Assembly (NCBI GenBank): GCA_018700055.1
Contig: JABISL010000050.1
Location: 7,619-71,618 of the forward strand
DNA from: a bacterium
Lineage (GTDB): Bacteria; Margulisbacteria; Marinamargulisbacteria; UBA817; JABISL01
Length of the DNA: 64,000 nucleotides
Reading direction: 5' to 3'
In this document: one piece after another, positions 46,009-56,457 of the stretch
Layout of the letters: each line of letters begins with the position of its first letter
Position numbering within the stretch: position 1 is the stretch's first letter
Translations under genes and position numbers: made by a program
Notes under the pieces: generated by a model
What the model was told of the DNA's origin: nothing
Seen by the model: the letters and a program-made list of their open reading frames with translations, nothing else
Databases searched by the model: none

Positions 46009-47270
46009 TAGTCTATTAACCCTTCATACCTACGCGAAAGTAAATATGTCTCAATTTGTTTAACAAAGTCCAAGGCGACACCAACAATGATAAGGATAGC
46101 TGTTCCGCCTAGTCCAGAAAAACTAGTCACTTTGGTCATTGAAGCTCCTATCACTGGCAACAACGCCACAAAGGCTAAGAAAGACGCACCAACAAAAGTC
46201 AACTTGGTAACAATGCGCTCAAGATATTCCTCAGTGGGTCGGCCCGGACGAACGCCTAATATGAATCCGCCGTATTTTTTAATGTTCTCAGCAAGCTCTT
46301 TCGGGTTAAAAGATATTGCTGTATAAAAATACGTAAAGAAGAAAATCAAAATACAAAAGAATCCATTATAAATCACTCCATCATAGCGATAGTACACTGA
46401 AAAAAAGTTCTGAACTGCCGGGATTCCAGTAAAGTTACCCAAAACCATTGGAAATTGAAGAAGCGCAGAAGCGAAAATGATTGGCAATACTCCACCTTGT
46501 ATTAATCGAAGAGGAATAAACGTGCTTTGGCCACCCATCATCTTTCTCCCAACAACACGCTTAGCATATTGCACCTGAACCTTACGCTGCCCATCTTGAA
46601 CAAAAACAATACTTATTATCATAAATATAAGAATGGCAACCATAATAACAACCATGAGTGGGGAGGTCCCACCTGAAAGCAACGTTACAGTATTCTTAAT
46701 GTAATAGGGAATCTGAGAAATAATACCAACAAAGATTAGAAGCGACGCCCCATTACCAATGCCATACTCAGTCATGATTTCACCAATAAACATAACCAAA
46801 GCAGCACCGGACACAAGACCAATGACTGCGTAGAATATAAAGAAAGACACATTCACATCTGGTAATATAAATGCCCTGAACCCAACCGACATTACAATTC
46901 CTTGGATAATTGCAAGTCCAATAGCTAGGTACCTTGTATATTGTGCAATTTGTTTTCTTCCCGCATCACCTTCTTGCGTTAGATCTTTTAGTTTCGGCCA
47001 AATAAAAGTTAACATCTGCATAATAATCGATGCATTAATATATGGAAGAATTCCTAATGCAAAAATCGAAAATCGCCCCAAAGCCCCTCCAGAGAAAAGA
47101 TCCACAAAACTGAGGATTCCTCCCTGACTAAAAAGCTCCTTCAAGGCATTTAGATCTACTCCTGCAATAGGAACATGACTCCCTAAACGATACACAGCAA
47201 TCATTGCCAATGTAAAAAAGAAGCGTTTGCGTAGATCAGGTAATCGAAAAATGTGGCCGAATGCGTCCAT
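46008..47270 (-). CDS. secY: preprotein translocase subunit SecY
   Basis: 420 aa polytopic membrane protein in the conserved spc-operon position. Typical SecY N terminus ...RKRFFFTLAMIAVYRLGSHVPIAGV. Confidence 0.92.
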   Translation of the reverse strand: MDAFGHIFRLPDLRKRFFFTLAMIAVYRLGSHVPIAGVDLNALKELFSQGGILSFVDLFSGGALGRFSIFALGILPYINASIIMQMLTFIWPKLKDLTQEGDAGRKQIAQYTRYLAIGLAIIQGIVMSVGFRAFILPDVNVSFFIFYAVIGLVSGAALVMFIGEIMTEYGIGNGASLLIFVGIISQIPYYIKNTVTLLSGGTSPLMVVIMVAILIFMIISIVFVQDGQRKVQVQYAKRVVGRKMMGGQSTFIPLRLIQGGVLPIIFASALLQFPMVLGNFTGIPAVQNFFSVYYRYDGVIYNGFFCILIFFFTYFYTAISFNPKELAENIKKYGGFILGVRPGRPTEEYLERIVTKLTFVGASFLAFVALLPVIGASMTKVTSFSGLGGTAILIIVGVALDFVKQIETYLLSRRYEGLID

Positions 47271-47725
47271 TAGGCAAGCTCTAGCTTGGCTCCGGATTTA
47301 GCAATTTTGTCCTGAGCAGACTTCGAAGCTTTATGTGCTTGTATAGTACACTTTTTATTAAATTCACCATCACCTAGAATTTTGATTAATTCACCTTTAG
47401 ATGCAAGATTCTTGTCGTAATAGTCATTAATTTCGACAACTTCTTTATCGGAGAAATGCTTTTGGATATCACCCAAATTAACTGCGCGATATGTTGTTTT
47501 GAAAAGATGATTTTTAAAACCACGATTCTTAGGAATACGCTTATAAAGTGGCATTTGCCCACCTTCAAACCCAGGTTTTGACGAATATCCAGATCTACTT
47601 TTTTGACCTTTATGTCCTCGACCACTTTCCCCACCATGACCAGAAGCATTGCCACGTCCTAAACGCGTTCGTTTCTTTATTGATCCTTTTGCTGGTTTAA
47701 GTTCATTGCTTTTAGTTGTCGCCAT
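47270..47725 (-). CDS. rplO: 50S ribosomal protein L15
   Basis: [38 protein letters not shown]. Confidence 0.92.
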   Translation of the reverse strand: MATTKSNELKPAKGSIKKRTRLGRGNASGHGGESGRGHKGQKSRSGYSSKPGFEGGQMPLYKRIPKNRGFKNHLFKTTYRAVNLGDIQKHFSDKEVVEINDYYDKNLASKGELIKILGDGEFNKKCTIQAHKASKSAQDKIAKSGAKLELA

Positions 47726-47726
47726 C

Positions 47727-48545
47727 TTAACTTTCCTCTTTTGCAGCGCTATCTTCGCTAGTCACTTCTTTACTTTCGGATGCAGTGGACTCCGAGCTTG
47801 TCTCTTCTGCTTTAGTTTCGTCCGCCCCTGATTCAGATGCCGCTTCTTCTTGCTTAGCTTTCTCTTCATCAGCCTCTTTCTTTTTTGCTTTTTCAGCTTT
47901 TTCTTTATTAGCTTTTTCTTCTGCTTGTTGCATACGATCAATAGTCTTACGTCTATCGTCTTCTTTTGTATCCAGTGTTTTTCGTTCAACTGATTTATTG
48001 GAATCTTCTCCATTAAACCTAACCGGCAATTTAAACCCGCGAAGCTCAGATTCAGCTTTAAGATCTTTCATTCGTTGCAATCCATTTAATGCGGCTTTAG
48101 CTGTGTTAACAGGGTTATCCGATCCAAGAGATTTAGCAACCACATTCTTCAAGCCAACAGCTTCTAAAAGAATTCGTACAGATCCCCCAGCAATCACTCC
48201 TGTACCAGGAGGGGCCGGCTTAATAATTACTTTAGCAGATCCGAATTTTCCAATGATCTCGTGAGGGACAGTTCCCTTAATTATATTTACTGGAGCAAGA
48301 GCTTTTTTGGCTGTTTCAATCGCTTTACGAATTGCAATTGGAACTTCTTTCGCTTTACCCAAAGCAATGCTAACTTGTCCTTTCTTGTCACCGACAATTA
48401 CCAATGCACGAAAAGCTAAACGTTTTCCGCCTTTATTCACTTTTGTAACTCTGTTAATGCGAATTACCTTTTCCATATAAGGACTAACAGGTGCATTTTG
48501 TGAGGATCTACGTTTACCTTGTCTCTTCATTTCTGCCATACTCAA
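47727..48545 (-). CDS. rpsE: 30S ribosomal protein S5 with ~100-aa C-terminal charged low-complexity extension
   Basis: Canonical S5 core ([25 protein letters not shown]...[11 protein letters not shown]...), then a tail from about aa 175 rich in K/E/A/S (47727-48023). Confidence 0.9.
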   Translation of the reverse strand: MSMAEMKRQGKRRSSQNAPVSPYMEKVIRINRVTKVNKGGKRLAFRALVIVGDKKGQVSIALGKAKEVPIAIRKAIETAKKALAPVNIIKGTVPHEIIGKFGSAKVIIKPAPPGTGVIAGGSVRILLEAVGLKNVVAKSLGSDNPVNTAKAALNGLQRMKDLKAESELRGFKLPVRFNGEDSNKSVERKTLDTKEDDRRKTIDRMQQAEEKANKEKAEKAKKKEADEEKAKQEEAASESGADETKAEETSSESTASESKEVTSEDSAAKEES

Positions 48546-48552
48546 TAACTCC

Positions 48553-48873
48553 TTAAAAAACCATGCCGTTTTTTCTAGCAGAATCCGCTAGAGCTTTAAT
48601 ACGACCATCGTACACACGGTTGCCACGATCAAATATAACATTAACTACTTTTTTCTCTTTGGCTGCCTCAGCAATCATCTTTCCAACTTCTTCTGCTGCT
48701 TTAATATTATCCCCATCTTTAAGCTTTAAAGATGATGCAGACGCTAAAGTTTCACCTTTAGCATCATCAATAATTTGAGCATATATCTGAGCACGACTAC
48801 GAAATACATTTAATCGTAGACGATCACCCTTACTTTTTATTCCTGCTTTATTTTTACGTCTAATTGGCTTCAT
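48553..48873 (-). CDS. rplR: 50S ribosomal protein L18
   Basis: [20 protein letters not shown]...[23 protein letters not shown]. Confidence 0.9.
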   Translation of the reverse strand: MKPIRRKNKAGIKSKGDRLRLNVFRSRAQIYAQIIDDAKGETLASASSLKLKDGDNIKAAEEVGKMIAEAAKEKKVVNVIFDRGNRVYDGRIKALADSARKNGMVF

Positions 48874-48883
48874 ACAGATGCTC

Positions 48884-49426
48884 CTATTTTACTTTCTTGC
48901 CGGCCTTTTTACGAAGAACAGCCCCTTTATATTTAATTCCCTTCCCTTTATAAGGGTCTTTTCGGGCATCTCTTAATTTAATAATATTGGCAGCTATCTC
49001 TCCAACGAGGCGCTTGTCAATTCCACTAATTGATAAGTTAGTTTGTCCTTCTAAATCAAAAGTGATGCCTTCAACTGAATCAATTGTTACAGGATGCGAA
49101 TATCCAAGAGAAAAGTTAAGCCCCGCGCCTTGCTTCGCTACTCTGTAACCAACACCAAATAATTCAAGTTCTATTTTGTATCCATTAGAAACACCTTCTA
49201 CCATGTTTGCTATCAACGACTGATAAAGGCCATGATAAGAACGAACATTTCTATCTTTGCTCAAATTAATAACTTGGATGCTGTTGTCTTCAATTTTAAT
49301 TTCAAAGTCTTTTGAAACCACGGTTGTTAATTCGCCTTTAGGCCCTTTAACAAGAACGGTATCACCAGAACGGGTTACCTCAACTTTATCACTAAATGAA
49401 ATTGATTTATTACCTTTTCGTGACAT
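48884..49426 (-). CDS. rplF: 50S ribosomal protein L6
   Basis: [11 protein letters not shown]...VKGPKGEL...GVGYR... Start moved to ATG 49426, 1 nt after the rpsH stop. Confidence 0.9.
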   Translation of the reverse strand: MSRKGNKSISFSDKVEVTRSGDTVLVKGPKGELTTVVSKDFEIKIEDNSIQVINLSKDRNVRSYHGLYQSLIANMVEGVSNGYKIELELFGVGYRVAKQGAGLNFSLGYSHPVTIDSVEGITFDLEGQTNLSISGIDKRLVGEIAANIIKLRDARKDPYKGKGIKYKGAVLRKKAGKKVK

Positions 49427-49427
49427 T

Positions 49428-49832
49428 TTAAGATACCTCTCCGAGAGCTTCTCCACCAACGTTATTTAAACGGGCATCTCTACCGGCCATAAGCCCTTTA
49501 GAAGTTGAGAGAATAACTGTACCAAACCCTTGTTGTGTTTTGGGGATTTGACTTTTACTATAATATTTACGTTTTCCTGATTTACTAAGTCGACGTATTT
49601 CATTAATGGCACTAGAGCCATCTGGACGGTATTTTAATTCCATTTTAATTAAGCGTTTTTTAAGGTCTTCGTTTACGAATTCATAACCAAGGATATATCC
49701 TTCGCTTAATAAGATTTTAGCAATCTCACCTTTAATGGTGGAAAATGGAATATTCACTTCTTCATGCTTTTCACCTAGCGCATTTCGAATTCTTGTGAAC
49801 ATATCTGCAATTGTGTCTGTTACTGATGACAT
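49428..49832 (-). CDS. rpsH: 30S ribosomal protein S8
   Basis: DTIADMFTRIRNA... and GGEALGEV at the C terminus. Confidence 0.92.
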   Translation of the reverse strand: MSSVTDTIADMFTRIRNALGEKHEEVNIPFSTIKGEIAKILLSEGYILGYEFVNEDLKKRLIKMELKYRPDGSSAINEIRRLSKSGKRKYYSKSQIPKTQQGFGTVILSTSKGLMAGRDARLNNVGGEALGEVS

Positions 49833-49851
49833 CTTTACTATTCTCCTTAAT

Positions 49852-50034
49852 CTACCAGCTGGACTTACGAACGCCAGGAAGTTGTCCTGCGCTTGCTAAA
49901 GTACGAAAACAAATGCGACAAATCCCAAAGAATCTTAAAAAACCACGGGGGCGACCGCAAATGTTGCATCGATTACGGTGCTGAGTAGTACCTTGTTTTC
50001 TTCTATTTTTAACTCGCATTGATGTTTTTGCCAT
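49852..50034 (-). CDS. rpsN: 30S ribosomal protein S14, short Zn-ribbon (type Z) form
   Basis: 60 aa, [10 protein letters not shown]...CRICFR (CxxC...CxxC). Confidence 0.92.
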   Translation of the reverse strand: MAKTSMRVKNRRKQGTTQHRNRCNICGRPRGFLRFFGICRICFRTLASAGQLPGVRKSSW

Positions 50035-50043
50035 TTAACTCTC

Positions 50044-50598
50044 CTAGCTCTTATTGCCCGTTTTGGCAAAGGGCATGCCAAGTAATTGTAATAAATCAAA
50101 TGTTTCTTCTTTCGTATTAGAAGAAGTCACTATCGTAATATCCATTCCACGTGAACGATCTAATTTGTCATAATCCACTTCTGGAAAAATTATATCTTCT
50201 TTAAGTCCTAACGTGTAGTTCCCCTGTTTATCAAAACCCTTAGTTGAAACTCCTCTAAAATCACGAATCTTAGGCAGTACAATATTTATCAGTTTTGTCA
50301 AAAAGTCAAACATCTTATCAGAACGTAATGTTACCTTACATCCAATAGGCTGCCCTTCCCTTAATTTAAAATTAGATATCGATTTCTTAGATTTAGTTAC
50401 TAGTGGTTTTTGACCAGTGATGTTAACGAATTGGTCTAAAGTGATATCAATTACTTTGCTGTTTGTAATTGCTTCGCCTAATCCTCTATGCAAAATAATC
50501 TTTTCGATTTTAGGGACCTGCATTTCATTAGCATACTTATATTTATCTTTAAGTGTCTTACGCACTTCATCTTTATACTGTTTTTTTAACGATGACAT
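50044..50598 (-). CDS. rplE: 50S ribosomal protein L5
   Basis: 184 aa in the conserved spc position: ...FDFLTKLINIVLPKIRDFRG...GMDITIVT. Confidence 0.92.
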   Translation of the reverse strand: MSSLKKQYKDEVRKTLKDKYKYANEMQVPKIEKIILHRGLGEAITNSKVIDITLDQFVNITGQKPLVTKSKKSISNFKLREGQPIGCKVTLRSDKMFDFLTKLINIVLPKIRDFRGVSTKGFDKQGNYTLGLKEDIIFPEVDYDKLDRSRGMDITIVTSSNTKEETFDLLQLLGMPFAKTGNKS

Positions 50599-50906
50599 TA
50601 GAATACCTCTCCACTAACTTTGGCCTTACGTTTTTTCTTGCCATCAACAACAACAAATCCAACTCTTGTTGGCTTCTTCGTAGCAGGGCATATCAACTGA
50701 ACTTTAGACCAATCAATAGGATACGTTTCTTCAATAATGCCGCCATCAGCATCCTGAGTCGCCTTTTTATGTTTCTTAATAATATTAAGGCCTTCAACAA
50801 CAACTTTTTTTTGTGCTGGAATAACTTTTAATATTTTGCCGGTCTTGCCTTTATCTTTTCCTGAAAGAACAACGACTTCGTCATCTTTTTTTAATTTATT
50901 TGCCAT
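50598..50906 (-). CDS. rplX: 50S ribosomal protein L24
   Basis: KKDDEVVVLSGKDKGKTGKILKV (KOW motif). Confidence 0.92.
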   Translation of the reverse strand: MANKLKKDDEVVVLSGKDKGKTGKILKVIPAQKKVVVEGLNIIKKHKKATQDADGGIIEETYPIDWSKVQLICPATKKPTRVGFVVVDGKKKRKAKVSGEVF

Positions 50907-50916
50907 CCAACTTCTC

Positions 50917-51285
50917 CTAGATTACGTCATTCGCCAACGAAACAATTTTCATATAGTTGCGATCTCGTAACTCACGAGGGATCGGACCAAAAATACGTGT
51001 TCCTATTGGATTTCCTTCTGGATTGATAATTACCGCTGCATTGTCATCAAAACGAAGACACGTCCCATCATTTCGTTTTATTGTACGAACCGTTCTTACA
51101 ACCACAGCTCTTACGATATCACTCTTCTTAACTGTGCCGGATGGAATTGCTTTTTTTACAACAGCAATAATTACGTCTCCGACATGTGCATATCTACGTT
51201 TGGAACTACCCAAAACCTTGATACACATAATCTTTTTTGCGCCTGAATTATCGGCAATATCTAATACGGACTCTTGTTGTATCAT
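50917..51285 (-). CDS. rplN: 50S ribosomal protein L14
   Basis: [18 protein letters not shown]...[10 protein letters not shown]. Confidence 0.95.
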   Translation of the reverse strand: MIQQESVLDIADNSGAKKIMCIKVLGSSKRRYAHVGDVIIAVVKKAIPSGTVKKSDIVRAVVVRTVRTIKRNDGTCLRFDDNAAVIINPEGNPIGTRIFGPIPRELRDRNYMKIVSLANDVI

Positions 51286-51564
51286 TTACTTGGATCCACT
51301 TTCTATTGTCTTGCCTTTTTCGACAACACGTACTAATTTCCAGCTTTTAAGTTTACTAATAGGGCGAACACTTATCACTTCAACCTTATCTCCTTCATTA
51401 GCAACACTCTCATTGTCATGCACTAAAAAAGAACGACTTCTTTTAACTACCTTGTCATAAACTGGGTGAACAGCTCTTTCAGATACTGTTATCCGGATCG
51501 TGTTCTTCCCAGAAATCTTAGTTACAACACCGGTAAGCGTTCTTTGTTGTTTAGTTGTCGTCAT
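51286..51564 (-). CDS. rpsQ: 30S ribosomal protein S17
   Basis: LTGVVTKISGKNTIRITV...HPVYDKVVKRS..FLVHD. Confidence 0.9.
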   Translation of the reverse strand: MTTTKQQRTLTGVVTKISGKNTIRITVSERAVHPVYDKVVKRSRSFLVHDNESVANEGDKVEVISVRPISKLKSWKLVRVVEKGKTIESGSK

Positions 51565-51757
51565 CGCTTACTGTCTCCTTTTGCTTAATTGCTGTTTTGA
51601 TTTGAGATATATCTTTTCTCACCTTAGCTAGTTGAGAAGTATCTTTTAAGCTGCTATTTACCAACTTAAACTGCAAAGATGTTAACTCTGTTTGTTTCTC
51701 AGCGCGCAGCTCTTCTAACTTCTCTATATTTATTTTAATTAATTTTTTATATTCCAT
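51551..51757 (-). CDS. rpmC: 50S ribosomal protein L29
   Basis: 68 aa helical protein. ELRAEKQTELTSLQFKL fits L29. Position between rplP and rpsQ. Confidence 0.85.
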   Translation of the reverse strand: MEYKKLIKINIEKLEELRAEKQTELTSLQFKLVNSSLKDTSQLAKVRKDISQIKTAIKQKETVSDDDN

Positions 51758-51773
51758 TACTAATTTCCTTACA

Positions 51774-52181
51774 CTATAACTTTTCTACAAATTTTGTTTT
51801 TACAGGAAGTTTATGTGCCGCCAAACGAAATGCTTCCTTTGCTACTTCAATAGGAACGCCACTTAATTCAAAAAGAACATGCCCAGGCTTTACAACAGCT
51901 ACCCAGCCATCAGGAGATCCTTTCCCTTTACCCATACGAGTTTCAGCAGGTATCTTTGTCACTACTTTATCAGGGAATATTCTAATCCATACTTTTCCCC
52001 CACGTTTAATATAACGTGTCATTGCTCGTCTCGCAGCCTCAATCTGACGATCAGTCATCCAAATAGCTTCTTGAGATTGTAATCCGTACTCGCCAAACTC
52101 CACAAAGTTTCCTCTACAAGCCTTGCCTCTGTTACGGCCCCTTTGTGTTTTTCTATATTTGGTCTTCTTTGGCATCAACAT
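51774..52181 (-). CDS. rplP: 50S ribosomal protein L16
   Basis: [16 protein letters not shown]...[19 protein letters not shown]. Confidence 0.95.
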   Translation of the reverse strand: MLMPKKTKYRKTQRGRNRGKACRGNFVEFGEYGLQSQEAIWMTDRQIEAARRAMTRYIKRGGKVWIRIFPDKVVTKIPAETRMGKGKGSPDGWVAVVKPGHVLFELSGVPIEVAKEAFRLAAHKLPVKTKFVEKL

Positions 52182-52190
52182 AATTTACTC

Positions 52191-52901
52191 CTAAGCTCCC
52201 GCTGCTACCCGGCTATTTTCCGGAACATCTCTTCTTGGCTGAGGATCTTGAAGCTCTTTGCGTTGAAGTTGTTTATGCTCATAAATATCGCCATTATAGA
52301 TCCATACCTTTACACCAATTTTACCGTAGGTTGTTAATGATTCAGTAAAAGCGTAGTCAATACTAGCCCTCAATGTATGTAGAGGAACTTTTCCCTCACG
52401 ATACCATTCAGTACGAGCAATTTCTACGCCACCTAACCGACCAGCACAACATATCTTAACACCCTGAGCACCAGCCTTCATTGCTAACTGAATACCCATT
52501 TTCATAGCCCTTCTAAAGGGAAATCTACGTTCCAATTGAGCACAAACAATCTCGCCCAACAATCTCGCTGATTTTTCGGGGTCTTTTTGCTCAGTTACAT
52601 TAATTCTTACAGGCTTACCCAAAAGCTTGGCTAGTGTTTTACGATGAGCAACTACTTGCTCCCCGCCTTTCCCTAAAATCATACCTGAACGTGCAGCCTT
52701 GATTGTAATATCAATCTTTTCAGCTCTTCTATGAATAGAAATATGCGCAATTCCAGCTCGTTTCATCTCAGTTTGGATATAACCTCGAATTTTAAGATCT
52801 TCAAGAATATAATCCTTGTATTCCCTATTTGCGTACCAGATACTATCCCAGTCTTCAACAATACCTAAACGTAATCCTTTCGGATGAACCTTCTGTCCCA
52901 T
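52191..52901 (-). CDS. rpsC: 30S ribosomal protein S3
   Basis: [14 protein letters not shown]...[26 protein letters not shown]. Confidence 0.95.
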   Translation of the reverse strand: MGQKVHPKGLRLGIVEDWDSIWYANREYKDYILEDLKIRGYIQTEMKRAGIAHISIHRRAEKIDITIKAARSGMILGKGGEQVVAHRKTLAKLLGKPVRINVTEQKDPEKSARLLGEIVCAQLERRFPFRRAMKMGIQLAMKAGAQGVKICCAGRLGGVEIARTEWYREGKVPLHTLRASIDYAFTESLTTYGKIGVKVWIYNGDIYEHKQLQRKELQDPQPRRDVPENSRVAAGA

Positions 52902-53309
52902 TTATTTGCCTCCGTTGCTTTCTGCAACACCCACGATAATGTGAGATGTCTTTTTTTCTATACCGAATACACGACCACGCGCTCTAGCCTGGAAACGTTT
53001 AAACTTAGGTCCCTGATTAACAAGAAGCGAAGATATAAAAAGGTCGCCAGCTTCTTTTTTATCATTATTAACTGCATTAGCTGTTGCTGACTGGATCACC
53101 TTAAGTAGAATCTCTGCACCTTTATGGGGAAGACTCTTTAAAACAGGAACCGCATCAGCCACAGAAGACCCTCTAACAATATTAGCAATTCTTCTTAACT
53201 TTGAAGGAGATATTCGAACATATTTAGCATGCGCAAATATTTCAGATTTAGCCGACTGAGTTGTCAATTTATTTGTTTTAGTTGTTACTTTTTTTGTTTG
53301 CGTTGCCAT
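52902..53309 (-). CDS. rplV: 50S ribosomal protein L22
   Basis: AKYVRISPSKLRRIANIVRG..., with an N-terminal ~20-aa basic extension. Confidence 0.9.
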   Translation of the reverse strand: MATQTKKVTTKTNKLTTQSAKSEIFAHAKYVRISPSKLRRIANIVRGSSVADAVPVLKSLPHKGAEILLKVIQSATANAVNNDKKEAGDLFISSLLVNQGPKFKRFQARARGRVFGIEKKTSHIIVGVAESNGGK

Positions 53310-53578
53310 TACTGTTTCCTAGCTCCAGAATGCCCTTTAAAGGTTCTTGTATAAACGAATTCACCCAACTTGTGCCCAATCATGTCTTCAGAAACAAAAA
53401 CCGGGATGTGCTTTTTTCCATTATAGACAGCTATAGTATGCCCAATCATGTCTGGGATGATTGTAGATCTGCGCGACCATGTTTTAATTAGTTTTTTAAT
53501 TCCTGCCTCATTCATCTTCTCTACTTTTTCAGAAAGATGCTCATCCACAAATGGGCCTTTTTTTAATGATCGTGCCAC
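53309..53578 (-). CDS. rpsS: 30S ribosomal protein S19
   Basis: GTG start with AGGAGG upstream. [12 protein letters not shown]...[17 protein letters not shown]...GHKLGEF. Confidence 0.95.
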   Translation of the reverse strand: MARSLKKGPFVDEHLSEKVEKMNEAGIKKLIKTWSRRSTIIPDMIGHTIAVYNGKKHIPVFVSEDMIGHKLGEFVYTRTFKGHSGARKQ

Positions 53579-53593
53579 ACTATTCCTCCTACG

Positions 53594-54421
53594 CTACTTA
53601 CGTCTCTTTACGATAAATGTACTTTTCTTACGCTTCTTACGCGTCTTATAACCCAAAGCAGGCTTGCCCCACTTAGTTAACGGTCCAGCATGCCCAATTG
53701 GCGCACGCCCCTCACCACCACCATGCGGGTGATCACAAGCATTCATAACAGATCCACGAACAACAGGACGTCTACCCATATGCCGAGATGTTCCTGCTTT
53801 ACCTAATACCGCATTTCTTTTTTCTGCATTTCCAACGGTTCCCAAAGTTGCTCGACACTCAATATTAACAAGACGAACTTCACCAGAAGGCAGTTTAACC
53901 GTTCCATATTTGTCATTCTTAGCCATCAATACAGCACCAACGCCTGCAGACCTAGCCAATTGAGCACCTCTATTTTTTGACAACTCAACATTATGAATTG
54001 CCGATCCAACAGGGATATTTTTAAGAGGAAGAGTATTACCCTGACGTATCTCAGCCTTCTCGCCGGCCTCAAGAACAGAGCCAACCTCAACACCTTGAGG
54101 CGACACGATATAAGCTTTATCACCATCATTATAAGCAATTAAAGCAATATTCGCAGACCTATTAGGATCATACTCAATACTTTTCACAACTCCAGGGACA
54201 CCTTCTTTATTACGTTTAAAATCAACTATACGGTACCTTCTCTTTGCTCCGCCACCACGATGACGAACTGTAAGCTTACCTACATTATTACGGCCAGATC
54301 CACGTTTTGATTTAACCAAAAGTGCCTTGACCGGCTCATTTCCTTGAGATAATTCCTCAAAACCCGACACTTGCTTGTGACGAAATCCAGGGGTTCTTGG
54401 TTGATACCTTTTTGTTGCCAT
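53594..54421 (-). CDS. rplB: 50S ribosomal protein L2
   Basis: MATKRYQPRTPG...DHPHGGGEGR. Start moved to ATG 54421 (GGAG upstream), downstream of the rplW stop. Confidence 0.95.
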   Translation of the reverse strand: MATKRYQPRTPGFRHKQVSGFEELSQGNEPVKALLVKSKRGSGRNNVGKLTVRHRGGGAKRRYRIVDFKRNKEGVPGVVKSIEYDPNRSANIALIAYNDGDKAYIVSPQGVEVGSVLEAGEKAEIRQGNTLPLKNIPVGSAIHNVELSKNRGAQLARSAGVGAVLMAKNDKYGTVKLPSGEVRLVNIECRATLGTVGNAEKRNAVLGKAGTSRHMGRRPVVRGSVMNACDHPHGGGEGRAPIGHAGPLTKWGKPALGYKTRKKRKKSTFIVKRRK

Positions 54422-54437
54422 ATTTTTTCTCCGGTTC

Positions 54438-54728
54438 CTAAAACATTTCCTTAACAGTCTCAATTACAGATCCTGCTTTCAACGTAACAATCGCTTTTTT
54501 ACGTTGGGCTGTTTTCCCTACATACTTTCCACGTCTCTTTTTCTTTGATACCACTTTGACAAGATTAACCTTATCAACAGATACCTTGAATTTTTTTTCA
54601 ATAAACTTACGAATCTCAATCTTATTAGCATCCGTAGCTACAAAGAAATGATATTTATCATTCGCAATTTGGGCCGAGGATTTCTCAGTTATAATCGGCG
54701 CCAATATAATTTCATCTGTCATACTCAT
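54438..54728 (-). CDS. rplW: 50S ribosomal protein L23
   Basis: 96 aa: ILAPIITEKS...VDKVNLV. Conserved position. Confidence 0.9.
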   Translation of the reverse strand: MSMTDEIILAPIITEKSSAQIANDKYHFFVATDANKIEIRKFIEKKFKVSVDKVNLVKVVSKKKRRGKYVGKTAQRKKAIVTLKAGSVIETVKEMF

Positions 54729-55348
54729 GATAATGTCTCTCTCGCTTTTTCTAAAGCTGCGCTTGAAAAGATCACTTGGTCTACGTCCAACAAGTCAGCT
54801 ACCTCTATAGATAACGGGCTAGATATTAACCCTCTTTTAATATTTCGACAAGCTTTTTGAAGACACTCGTTTTCTACCCCTAATACAAACATCACTTTCT
54901 TGCTTGTATCTTTCTGAATAGAATCCAACAACTGCTGAACCTGCTTAGTTTTCAACTCAGCCTCATCCTTATAATCAAGAACAAATAATCCATCGCCCTT
55001 TTGACCCAAAACAACCTTTATGGCCTTTTTAAGCACATCAGGATTAATATCAATCGCATGACTTCTCGGCTTAGGTCCAAATATAACAGACCCCCCAACT
55101 CTCAAAGGCGTTCTATTGGTACCACGACGTGCATTACCAGTCCCCTTCTGCTTATAAGGCTTAGCACCACCACCTCGAACCTCACCCCTAGAAAGCGTAT
55201 TATGCGTTCCCTGATGACGTGATGCTTGTTGATACTTTACAGCTAAATATATCCAATGATCCGCATTATCTTGAACCTTCGGCACAGTAATACCTGCAGA
55301 TTTGGACCCTGTTTCTTCACCTGATAATGTCAATGTTTTAATTTTCAT
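54725..55348 (-). CDS. rplD: 50S ribosomal protein L4
   Basis: RGEVRGGGAKPYKQKGTGNARRG..R.PL.VGG..FGPKPR. Confidence 0.92.
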   Translation of the reverse strand: MKIKTLTLSGEETGSKSAGITVPKVQDNADHWIYLAVKYQQASRHQGTHNTLSRGEVRGGGAKPYKQKGTGNARRGTNRTPLRVGGSVIFGPKPRSHAIDINPDVLKKAIKVVLGQKGDGLFVLDYKDEAELKTKQVQQLLDSIQKDTSKKVMFVLGVENECLQKACRNIKRGLISSPLSIEVADLLDVDQVIFSSAALEKARETLS

Positions 55349-55368
55349 AATATTCCTCTACCAAACCG

Positions 55369-55995
55369 TTAAGTTGAGGTAACCTCAATTAGATTCCCTT
55401 TCTTGCCAGGGACAGCGCCCTTAACATAAAGAAGACCTTTTTCAACATTATTGCCAACAACAACCAAATTCTTAATAGTCCGGTTCTTATCACCCATATG
55501 CCCAGGCATTTTTTTACCCCTAAGAACACGGCCAGGAGTCGTACCCGCTCCAATCGAACCAGTAATTCGATGACTTTTAGATCCATGAGTCATCGGCCCA
55601 CAAGCAAAATTCCATCGCTTAACTGTTCCAGCAAACCCCTTACCAATTGTACGACCCTTTACAGATACCTTTTGATCTTTCTCAAACACACTGACATCAA
55701 TTGTCTGACCTTTTTCAAAACCATGATCCTCAGAAACTCTAAATTCCTTAATCACTTTGACAGGCTTCGCATTCCAAAGCTTAAATTGCCCCACCTTAGG
55801 TTTATTCAATCGCTTCTCAGCAACATCCCCATACCCTACTACTACCGCAGAATACCCATCAGCTTCTTTCGTTTTAATTGTCAAAATAGTATTAGTATTA
55901 ACTTCGATAACAGTAACTGGACTAACAACGCCCTCATCGTCCATTAATTGAGTCATACCAATCTTTTTCCCAAGCATAAATTTATTTGGATTCAT
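55369..55995 (-). CDS. rplC: 50S ribosomal protein L3
   Basis: LGKKIGMTQL...PVTVIEV...GKGFAG. Three in-frame ATGs (56007, 55995, 55977); 55995 is chosen because GGTGA lies 5 nt upstream. Start uncertain. Confidence 0.88.
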   Translation of the reverse strand: MNPNKFMLGKKIGMTQLMDDEGVVSPVTVIEVNTNTILTIKTKEADGYSAVVVGYGDVAEKRLNKPKVGQFKLWNAKPVKVIKEFRVSEDHGFEKGQTIDVSVFEKDQKVSVKGRTIGKGFAGTVKRWNFACGPMTHGSKSHRITGSIGAGTTPGRVLRGKKMPGHMGDKNRTIKNLVVVGNNVEKGLLYVKGAVPGKKGNLIEVTST

Positions 55996-56015
55996 TTTAT
56001 TCACCATCGTTTTTT

Positions 56016-56050
56016 AATTAAAAAAGAGACACTTCTGCCTCTTTTTTTTG
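56016..56050 (-). terminator. intrinsic-terminator-like / attenuator hairpin between rpsJ and rplC
   Basis: Minus-strand RNA reads A8-AGAGGCA-GAAG-UGUCUCU-U5: a 7-bp stem (one G-U) at 56025-56042, followed by a U-run. On the plus strand the same stem has an A-C mismatch, so it favours the minus strand. A second 6-bp hairpin (TGACCA/TGGTCA) lies at 56058-56075. Confidence 0.35.
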
Positions 56051-56098
56051 TCGTTTTTGACCACAAACATGGTCAGAAAGGATTAAAGCTTAACTAGA

Positions 56099-56437
56099 TT
56101 AATTCAGTTTAATCTCTACGTCAACACCCGCCGGCAAATCAAGGCCCATAAGGGCATCAATCGTAGTTGTTGGGGGGTCAACTATATCAATCATCCGTTT
56201 ATGAATACGGATTTCAAAATGCTCTCCGCCACGCTTATTTACGTGGGGAGATTTCAATACACACCATACTCGTTTACGCGTAGGCATTGGGATTGGACCA
56301 ATTACTTTTGCACCAGATCTTTGAGCCGTTTCAACTATTTTAGAAGCGGACTTGTCAATTAAATGATGATCAAAGGCTTTTAACCTGATACGGATTTTCT
56401 GGCTATTATTTTCTTTTTTAGTAGGTGTATTACTCAT
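56099..56437 (-). CDS. rpsJ: 30S ribosomal protein S10
   Basis: [13 protein letters not shown]......GPIPMPT...LKSPHVNK...FEIR.H.R.I. Confidence 0.93.
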   Translation of the reverse strand: MSNTPTKKENNSQKIRIRLKAFDHHLIDKSASKIVETAQRSGAKVIGPIPMPTRKRVWCVLKSPHVNKRGGEHFEIRIHKRMIDIVDPPTTTIDALMGLDLPAGVDVEIKLN

Positions 56438-56457
56438 CTGATTGTTCCTTAGTACAA

